From Eledone cirrhosa (lineage: Eukaryota), in contig OZ024741.1 in NCBI GenBank assembly GCA_964016885.1, forward strand, positions 239,196,001-239,260,000: a DNA stretch of 64,000 bases. The letters are read 5' to 3'. A program made the translations under genes and the position numbers. Positions 54,736 through 64,000 of the stretch are shown here, in pieces (position 1 is the first letter of the stretch; the number at the start of each line of letters is the position of its first letter). The notes below the pieces were generated by a model. That model saw only the letters and a list, made by a program, of their open reading frames with translations. It was not told where the DNA came from and made no database searches.

Positions 54736-56019
54736 CTATATATGGAAAAAAGAGTAAATTAATATAAACATTAATGGTTTCTGACTTTGGCACAAGGCCA
54801 GTAATTTTGAGAGGAGAGAATAGTTGATTATATCAACCCCAGTATTTGATTGATACTATATTTTATTGATCTCATAAGAATGATAAGCAAAAATGACCTC
54901 AGCAGGACTTGAACTCAGAACCTAAAGCACCAGAACAAATACTGCTAAGCAATTTTTCAATTGTTTAATAAATTTGCCACTCCACCACCATTTTAATATA
55001 CATTAATAAATGGTATAAGTTACTTCAGAGATAAATATTAGAGACCATAGCATGTCAGTAAAAGGTATGAAAAGACTAAAGCTAATGGTTTATGTAAATT
55101 GACAATTGCTCAGAAAACAAGAATAAATTAACTCTTTCATTAACAACCTGGTCCTGGTCTATTGAATAAAAATCACCCATCTTAAAGAGTTTCTCTATTT
55201 AAATTAAAATATTCCATTATAATTTTCGATAAGTAACATATGCCAAGTAATGAAATGATTAATAATTTTAGTGAACCCTTAAGAATTTTCCATTAATTAA
55301 TAGAGTGGATTTCATGAGAAATATGGTCACAAAAGGGTTGAATGCCATAAATTTTCCAGCATTTTTCATTCCAGAATTGAGCTGAATTATTAGTTTTGAC
55401 AGGCTAAGAGGTCCCATAATAATAATTTAGGTTAAAATTCTAAGAAACTAATGCAACCAAACCTTCATAACACACCTTTTGTCTATTCACCAGAAACATA
55501 TTGCAAAGGCAAAAATACCCTCATTACTCCTGAGCTATATAATATTATAAAGAACAAATGTTTTGACACTTGGACTGTGCTTGGAGGCCATAATTATAGA
55601 TAAATGTAAGTAAAACAGGTTTGCTACATGTGGCCTCATTACACTCTTACTAGCAAAATTATCATACATACACAAGATCAATACCTATATAAAATATTAG
55701 TGTTACTGGAATAGTACCCATCAAAAATGGAATTTATAGTAAAAAGTATTTAATTTGATAATTCCTTAATTACAACATTCTATGTAAAGATATTTAAATT
55801 CTCAATTTTCCTTGATCCTTTCTCTCATGTCACTTTGGCCATCAACATATTTCATTTTACATTTATTTAAATCAATTACAATAATTTCTTCCAAATCTTC
55901 TTTAATCATTACCAAACATATATGCACTAAAGTACATTGACTTTGTTCTATCTATCTTTGAACTGCTATTGAAATTTGTGCTTTGTTGTTTTTGAGCAAA
56001 AATAGATATATTGGTAATC

Positions 56020-56358
56020 ATTTCCTCATTTCATTTTACGTCCGCTTTTTCCCTGCTTGCAAGGGTGGGACGGGAACTGATTCTGGCTTGATTTCTACAG
56101 CTGGATGCCCTTCCTAACACCAACCTCATTTACAGTGAGTGCTGGGTGCTTTTTTGCCGTGGCACCTCCACGACCACTTTGCAGTGGAATGATATGGACC
56201 CCAGTCCCTATCATCTCATTTCTACAGCTGAGTAAACTGGAGCAATGTGAAATAAAGTGTCTTGCTCAAGGAAACAACACATCACCCGGTCTGAGAATTG
56301 AACTCACAACCTTTCGATTGCAAGGCCAATGCTCTAACCACTAAGCCATGTGCCTCCA
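56020..56358 (-). mobile_element. tRNA-derived SINE family B (CORE-like centre, RTE-derived 3' tail), ~330 bp
   Basis: Head ggaggcacatggcttagtggttag..gagttcaattctc; centre ccttgagcaagacacttt..tgctccagt; tail shared with the RTE LINE at 17600-17645. Confidence 0.85.
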
Positions 56359-57939
56359 TAAATAAACATAAATAAATGTCTATCTCATATATATTGTTTT
56401 TATTGGTGGTAGCACACTAATACAGCACTGTTCATAATAGGGGTTTATATGAAAACTTATACCATATGTTTATGTATATAAACACGAGGGCCTCGCTATT
56501 AGAAGAAAAAATTTTTTCGCTATGAAAAATGTTTTTCTTCATACTGAGGCTCTCGTGTTTAATACACATAAACATATTGTATGTGTTTTCAGATACAGAG
56601 GACCCTCAGTTGTGTCAAAGACATGACAACCTCTCTGGTGCACTCAGTGCAATGTGAGACCATACAATAGTGAGAGACTGGTTGCTGGCCTGTCTGGGAG
56701 ATCAGTGGCTCCGCTTCAGTACTGACTTGGTCTATATAAACCCATCCAACCCTTGCTAGCAGGGAAAGTGGATGTTAAAACAACAATGATGATGATGACC
56801 CCCTGTTGATTTTGTTGTCTGAAGGTAGATAACTATAGATAACTACTGCTTGACCACTTTAACACAGTGAGAGAGAGAGCTAGGGAGGAAGATATAAATT
56901 ACCATTTCCAAAACAAATTTAGCACAAAGTGGTTGTCATATGACAGTTGTGTTTTATTATAAAGATTCTCCTGAACAGGAGTTCTCTGGAGCCATAAAGT
57001 ATTTCACTAAAGGTCATAAAGTTTCATAAACTCTTGTAAGCTGATCCAGTGTGATTTATATGTAATACTTTCACTGATATTTTGGTTTCCCTTAATTCTG
57101 CTGGTTTTATGTATTTGGTAACTTAAATTACTTTTAATAAACAGAAATATTACTAAATAAAGAATCAATCATTATCATGAAATGCTGAGTAAATTTTCAA
57201 TTTTGAAAGTTTGTTAGCTTAATGTAAACTGCTTCAACATATGTTTTTTGATTATACAAAATAATTAAACAAGTTAGGCATATAACAATATTGCCTGTGA
57301 TGGTGGTTGTGGGTGGGAGGCTGTGTCATCCAGTGCCCTCTCTTGGCAATGTGCATGGGATTTAGATAGTTATTTGCATGTGTGAGCCCTGTGTAGTAGA
57401 GTAGCTATTCCAGTACTTCTCCATCCTGTCAAACGGGACGAGGCAGATGGACCCGTAAGTTTCATTGATAGTGGTGACTTGTGGAATAGATTTACTTTTT
57501 ATTATATTGAATAGGAATTTTTAATTTACAAAAATATTCCATTTTGTATTTTATTAAGTGTCTTGTTTATGGATAATATGCAACAAAACACTTAATTATC
57601 AACATCCTAAACCTTGGTCTGTAACCAAGAGAGGGCACAGGATGCCACTACCTGCCTACTTTCCAAAGGGACATCTTCAGATTTAGAAAATAGAGTTTAT
57701 AAAAAACATCTTGAAATATACACCTTGTGAAAGAGTGGCTACCAAGAATGTTCTGAGCACCCAACTAAGTACCATAGTTTGCTGCAAGTATTCGAGATGT
57801 AAAAGCATAAGACTTAATCTTGTGAAATGAAGATTAGAGTAACTATTTAACTGGAGGTTCATTTCATTTATCAGCTATCAAGGAAAATGTGAATGTGTGT
57901 GATGGAGAGAAAGGAAAAGTCAGAGAGAGAGAGATTATG

Positions 57940-58345
57940 AAAAATTATTAACCATCTTGCCAACAACAACCTTGAGCACCTTTTCAAATTCCTTGTGTCT
58001 AACAACACCCGTGGGCATGCCTACGAAGTCAGAAAACAGCACAACTCCCATGACTTTAGGAAATATTTTTTCACGCTCAGACTTGCTGACGCATGGAACA
58101 AACTACCTGCACCAGTTGTTAGCTACCAGGACACTGCATCCTTTAAAACCTCCATGCTTCCTGAAATTCGCGAACACGACACCTGATATCCCCCCGCCAT
58201 ACACACGCACACATGTATCTGTGTGTATATTATGACTCATACACTGTTCACTTTCCTGACATTTATACATTATTCTATGTACTATATATGCACCTTTGAT
58301 GAACTGTAGTGCACCTGAGCACTGTACACAATAATTTAATTATTA
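57940..58345 (+). mobile_element. CR1-clade LINE 3' end in the protocadherin intron; shorter tail copy at 50225-50345
   Basis: NTRGHAYEVRK..FRKYFFTLRLADAWNKLPAPVV..ASFK is the typical CR1 C-terminus. Confidence 0.8.
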
Positions 58346-58443
58346 TATTATAATTGTGATAGTTATAACCATTCTAAGACAGCATAGTTACATAACAACA
58401 AAATTTACAATCCACGAGTAGATTAATTTCAGTGTAGACTTAC

Positions 58444-60801
58444 TTTTAAAGGATGTAGCAATGTTCTGCTGATTGTAGATGTCGTCCAGTCTTCAGGATA
58501 GTAATGGCTTCCAGACTGACTATATCTGTCTGATATATCTCCTCGATTACCTGACATCACAGATACACTGTTGTTACCTTGATAGATCAACTGTCTCATC
58601 TCATTACGACATTGGTATGCCTGTTTCTCTTCTGTTGTTCTAGCTGAGTTATTTCTCACATTGTTACATCTCACAATACACAATGTTATAGAAACCACAA
58701 TAGCTATAGATACTATCACAGCTGCTACTACAATGATAATCAACAATGTTGCATCTATTGTGTTATCAGTTGGTACATGGACAGCTGTGAACATTGGTGA
58801 TGTCTTGTTACTAACAGTCAGTGTTAAAGAGACACTAGTTGTTGCTGACAGAACTGGAGTACCACTGTCTTTCACAACAAACTCCAGTTGATATGATCCA
58901 GCATCATTTTGGTAAACTGTGCGAGAGTAAGATAAGACACCAGTGAATGAGTCCAGTTTAAATAATTGTTTCTCATTACCTGAAAGGATTTCATACCTGA
59001 GAAAAGCATTCATGTAACTGTCTAGATCAGAGGCTTTCAGAAGTGTGATGTCATTCTTACTTTGTGAATGATAGTGGACATCAAGAGTGAAAGGGTCAAC
59101 ACTAGGAAATGTAAAATATGGAGCATTATCATTTTTATCTAATACTTCCACTTCAACATTCACTGTGTTATTTAGAGATGGTGTTCCATTGTCTTTGACA
59201 ATAACTTCAAAGTCATAGAAATCTCTGTGTTCTCTGTCTAAAGATTGGTTTGTTGAAATAAAGCCAGAGTTGATAATCTGGAATGGTAGACGATATTGGT
59301 GTTTATTTCTCAGATAATAACTTAATTCACCTCCCTTACCAACATCTGGGTCTGTAGCATTGATAAAACCAATAGGGAAATTAGCTTTGTCATTCTCATA
59401 GGTAAGGAACTTGAATGTATCTTTGGTAAAGTGTGGTTTTACATCATTCACATCTAACACTTGTATTGAGAGATCTTTATCAGTTTTGAGAGGAGGTAAT
59501 CCTTTATCTTGACAAGAGACAGTGAAGTGATAATGTTCCTGTGTCTCTCTGTCTACTGCTTTCTTTAGAACTATTTTATATTCTTTAGATCCCATTGACT
59601 GTAGTTTGAATGTATCATGTTTAATATTACAGCTGACTTCTCCATTGTGTCCAACATCATTGTCAGTGACCATCACATAAGCAATGAAACTACCAACTTT
59701 GATATCTTCCAGAATGCTAGCTGTATTGTCATCCATAGCTGAGACAAAGTCTATATCAATAATTGGAGGATTGTTGTGTTGGTTGATAACATTTACTATA
59801 ACAGTTGCTATGGAGCTGAGTGGTAGACTGCCGTCATCACTGGCCACAATGTATAACTCATAAAATTTTTTTTTCATCTTACTGAATTTGGTTAGAAATA
59901 TTTCTCCAGAACTATGGTTTAATTTAAACTGCTTCTGAGCTAATTCAGATGTCATGGGGCTGAAATGATATGAAATATTACCATTGCGACCAATATCTAA
60001 ATCTGTTGCAGAGATAATTATTATGGAGTCATGAGTTTGATGAGGATCTTTGATGGACACATTGTAAATATTTTGTGAGAACACTGGTGTATTATCATTT
60101 TCATCTTCAACAATTATTTTCATATATAGATTACCCCGTTGAGGTGGACTGCCCCCATCTTCTGCAATAATCTCCAGATTGTAGCTATCTTTTACCTCTC
60201 TATCCAATTTCTTATTTAAAATAAGGATAAGTGATGAGGTACCATCCATTCTCTGTCTTACTGACAATGAAAATTGTTGCTCTTCTTTTCCTTTAATATA
60301 ATAATTTATCATACTATTCTTTAGACTGACATCTTTGTCAATGGCACTGGGAATGGGTTTCTTCATACCTCTACCATCTCCTTCACCAAAAGCTAGTGTG
60401 ATGTTTTTCTTAGGAAACTCAGGTTGGTGGTCATTGATGTCTTCTATTATGACTTTAACTTTCAGTATTTTTAAAACTGAATTTGTCTGGTACACTCCAA
60501 GTTTCACAAAGTGAAAACATTCTCTCTTGTAAATACAAAGAGATTCTGCATCCAATGTCTGTGCAGTGTACAATTTACCAACTTTGCTTACATTAAAAAA
60601 TTGTGGGCCTGTTCTTCGTAATTGCTTGAATGTGATTTTGTTTCCATTATTTGACAAATCTGGGTCTAAAGGTCGTAAATTAGCAGCAATGTCTCCAATA
60701 AAAGTGCCTGGTTTTTGTTCCTCCTTCACACTGTACGTTATCTCTGAAGACATACATAAGTTTGGTAAAATGAGTACAAGAAGAAACCTAAAGAAAGACA
60801 T
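58444..60801 (-). CDS. PCDH: Protocadherin, large coding exon: signal peptide, six extracellular cadherin repeats, transmembrane helix, start of cytoplasmic tail (786 codons)
   Basis: ORF 58429..60825. True ATG at 60801 (MSFFRFLLVLILPNLCMS signal peptide). Cadherin linkers DINDHQPEF, DENDNTPVF, DVNDVKPHF, DKNDNAPYF; LDRE/VDRE motifs; EC1 C-X5-C (CIYKREC); TM LLIIIVVAAVIVSIAIVVSITLCIV. Acceptor ttgttcttgttgcag|G at 60845/60844 and phase-0 donor AAA|gtaagt at 58444/58443. Symbol is the family name only. Confidence 0.95.
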
Positions 60802-61931
60802 TCTTTCTTGTATTGCAATAATCAAGTAATATTTGAGGATTTTCCTGCAACAAGAACAAAAGTTTCAGATTAGATTAGATATATTTATTTTTTATTTAAA
60901 TTTATTTATGGATTCTTTCTATGTATGTGTGCCGTCATGACATACAATGTGTCTGATTTCTTCCAGAGAAGAGTGAGAGAGAGAAAACAAGAGAGAGGAA
61001 AAATCGACTCCAATATTGGACGGGCATGTTATCATCCTTAAACGGTAGAATTGCAAAGTTGACCTTCGACAGATTTGAACTCTGAGAAAACAGAGGGCTG
61101 GAATGAATACTACGAAGCATTTTATCCCGTGCTCTAATGACTGTCAATTCACCACCTTTGGATTCTTTACATCATTCTTAAAAACACCCAAAGCCAAATT
61201 CCCTTTCCATTCCTAAGTGTAGGGTAATTAATCAATCCCACTAAAAGTGAAATGGGAATAATTAATAAATGTATATCTGATGTTATAAACTTCAGAATTA
61301 GAAGTGCTACAAGACTAGACCAATGGAACTGCAGTGCTGCCATCATCATTTGGTTCCATAGTATTGAAAGTAAAACTGCCCACAGATTCCCTCAATTACC
61401 TACTACTCACTTCCTGAAAGCCCTGGACTTCAGGAGAGAATTCATCATAATCGGCAATCTTGATATGAAGATAATAATGACTTCCAATATAGGCACAAAG
61501 CCAACAGAGGGTAATGAATGCTATGAAGACATAGTTATAACATGATGATTATTACTGAGTCAAAAATGGGGAAGACCTGCAGTTCAATACCTTCATAGGG
61601 AGCTGTGATGGAGATGATGGGGCAGATTTCATGTAATTGTTTACTCTTAATACTTTCTGAAAGTGAACCACCACCTGTGTCAACTCCTTCTCAAGGCCAA
61701 CTATATACAGACCCCCCCCCCCCAGTACTAACTATAGAGATATCACCTCCCCCCAGCACTAACTGTATAAAGATATCCCCCACCCTAAGACTAACTGTAT
61801 TGTAATAACGGCTTCAGAATCTGATACAATATAAAGAACCATGCAATAGATAGATTCAGAAAGGATTTAATAGGAATATATTAAGAGTTTGGTTTAAACA
61901 TACCCACTCCCATTAACTTAATACTTAATTT

Positions 61932-62115
61932 GGCGGTGGATTGGCAGTATCGGTAGAGGGCCGGATGCCATGCTTTCCAGCATAGTTACGTCCCTTTACG
62001 ATCTGAGTTCAAATCCCGCCGAGGTTGACTTTGCCTTTCATCCTTACGGGGTCGATAAAATAAAGTACCAGTAATGCACTGGGTAATTGCTGGCCTTGTG
62101 CCTAAAGTAGAAACA
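61932..62115 (+). mobile_element. tRNA-derived SINE family A, full length, 20-bp TSD
   Basis: A box tggcagtatcggtag, B box gttcaaatcc; TSD attaacttaatacttaattt at 61912 and 62116. Confidence 0.9.
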
Positions 62116-63231
62116 ATTAACTTAATACTTAATTTCTAAGATATAACACTATATCTAAATACAGGCAGCTGTTGCCACTACAGAACATGAAATAAGAACA
62201 CTATATACATCCACAAACATTCCAATTACTCTCCAGCTGTAATTAGGTTGAATAAGTAAGACAGTCTTCGATTTATATTTGGAAAAGGATATCTTCAGCA
62301 AACCTTCCCCCTATTATAATGATACACAGGTGGGTCACCACACCAGAGGAAAATCTTTAAGAGAAAGGTAACCTGGTTTAATCCATCATATAATTAGATG
62401 TTACCATAACAATACTTCCACTTGCACATGTGGGTTATTGTGATGTAAGGGACGCTATACAGTCCAAGCTTATGGTCATCAAGGGCATTAACTCCACTTA
62501 GCTTGTCAGATCCAAAGGCTATGACTTTTGAAATATTAGGATATTACTATTTCGAAATATTAAGATATGTTCAATTTGAGAGTCATTTAATAAAATTTCA
62601 AGATTGCCTCATTACTGTTCAAAATATTTGGTAATGTCTTATCTGGAGTACCCTTAAAAGTATGAAAGAATATCCTATTTGTGGGTCATATAAATATTTT
62701 TTTAAAGTCAGCTCAAATAGGATATTACCATTTCAAAATAATATGTAATATCCTATTTGAGAATTACTTGAATTTTTTTAATGCACCTCAAATATATTAC
62801 AATTTCGAAATATTAGGTAATATCCTATTTGAGCGTTACATTTTTTTTAAAGGCACTTCAAATATGATATGTATTTGTGAAGTAACAAAAAATAGCAGTT
62901 CAATTCCCAACCAAAGCAACCTAAAATGTCAGGGGAGTAAGTCTAAATAAATACTTATAGATATGACTCAGTATATTTATGTAGTACTGATATTCTATGA
63001 ATTCCCACCTATTCAGGTTGTGCAGTGTAAGTATAGTCATTCCTTATCCCCAAGTCATTCGATCTATGTAATGTGTTAACAGAATACATGTCAAACTGGC
63101 ACATTCAATCAGTATACTATGGTAAGGTGGTACAGCTGGCTAGAAACAACTGATGGTAATAAAGTTGTCAATACCAAAATGCTGTTATAGAGAACACAAT
63201 ACAATGTGAGGTCAGTTATTTCATGAATACA

Positions 63232-63721
63232 TCTATATATATAAAGTTGTAGTTCCTGTCTGTTCACAAACTCCTCTTATGGTTTTGGAGATAGACCCCC
63301 ATAACTATATATATTCTGAAACTACATTGCTCAGGGTACTTAGATAAGTATATTTCATTTTAATCAAAGGATTCCCCTGGGGCACAAACCCCTGCTGAAA
63401 ACTTTTTCCCTTCGATTTATATGAAATTTAAACCATAGGTAAATGACAAGATATGATGCCTATTCACAAAAGTTTTGAATTGATATTTTGAAAAAAATTA
63501 TTTACAAGAGACAAAATAAGAATAAGATTTAATAATGTAATTTTGATTTGATATATTACAAAAAATAATGTTTTCCAATTTTTCATGCATTACATTTTAC
63601 ATTGAGTAATATTGAAATGCAGAGTTTTTCTCCATAAATTATATCACTGATTTAAAATCAATCATCATTTTCTTACAAAAAAAATGTGTGAAACGCAGCA
63701 AGGCGCGGGTAATTCGGCTAG
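63232..63721 (+). mobile_element. Non-autonomous Helitron
   Basis: A|TCTATATATATAAA 5' end; subterminal GC-rich hairpin cgcagcaaggcgcggg; CTAG|T 3' end; no TSD. Confidence 0.75.
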
Positions 63722-63819
63722 TTATTTCAATAAAGCTCTAGACCAACCCAGGGAGCTAAACTGTTAAACATTAATTTCATCCATTTCAGACTTTCATATT
63801 TGTTATTTACCTCAATAAA

Positions 63820-64000
63820 CCACCACACTACTACCAGTACCACCACACTACTAGCAGCACCACTACACTACTACCAGCATCACCACACTACTACCAGCAC
63901 CACCGCACTACTACCAGCGCCATTACACTACTACTACCAGCACAATATTACTACCCTACTACAAGTCCCACCACCACACTACTACTACTACCAGCACCTC
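63820..64000. repeat. 21-bp C/A-rich minisatellite (caccacactactaccagcac)
   Basis: Tandem units running to the window end. Confidence 0.8.

Noticed and set aside
60802-60825. ORF-track start at TTG 60825 for the protocadherin
   Set aside because: Eukaryotic gene; ATG 60801 starts a clean signal peptide and an acceptor at 60845 shows this stretch is 5' UTR.
61932-62020. tRNA genes suggested by A and B boxes
   Set aside because: These are heads of multi-copy SINEs with TSDs and non-tRNA bodies; no intact cloverleaf.

Overview
AT-rich, repeat-dominated eukaryotic genomic DNA, most likely octopus (coleoid cephalopod). That assignment is inferred from the protocadherin type, the tRNA-derived SINE set, the RTE LINEs and the giant (TA)n/(TACA)n arrays. 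One real protein-coding gene is present: a minus-strand six-cadherin-repeat protocadherin assembled by hand from three coding exons (60801-58444, 54735-54585, 54194-54097; 868 aa). A ~98% identical 234-bp copy of its transmembrane/cytoplasmic coding segment sits 16 kb downstream between splice-like sites. The rest is RTE, CR1, CRE and Penelope-like retroelement remnants, two SINE families, TTAA-type MITEs, two non-autonomous Helitrons, minisatellites, >10 kb of TA-rich microsatellite and a 200-N gap. Most ORF-track entries are microsatellite artefacts. The most interesting hidden signal is a cluster of unrelated hammerhead-ribozyme folds in the first 32 kb: four with intact catalytic cores (11985-12065, 14127-14176, 17426-17536, 21687-21732) plus decayed ones. 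One lies inside a 623-bp terminally redundant unit resembling a retrozyme/circular-RNA monomer, and two have unusually enlarged stem II. Recurrent near-perfect foldback hairpins also occur. All structures were folded by eye and no database search was run.
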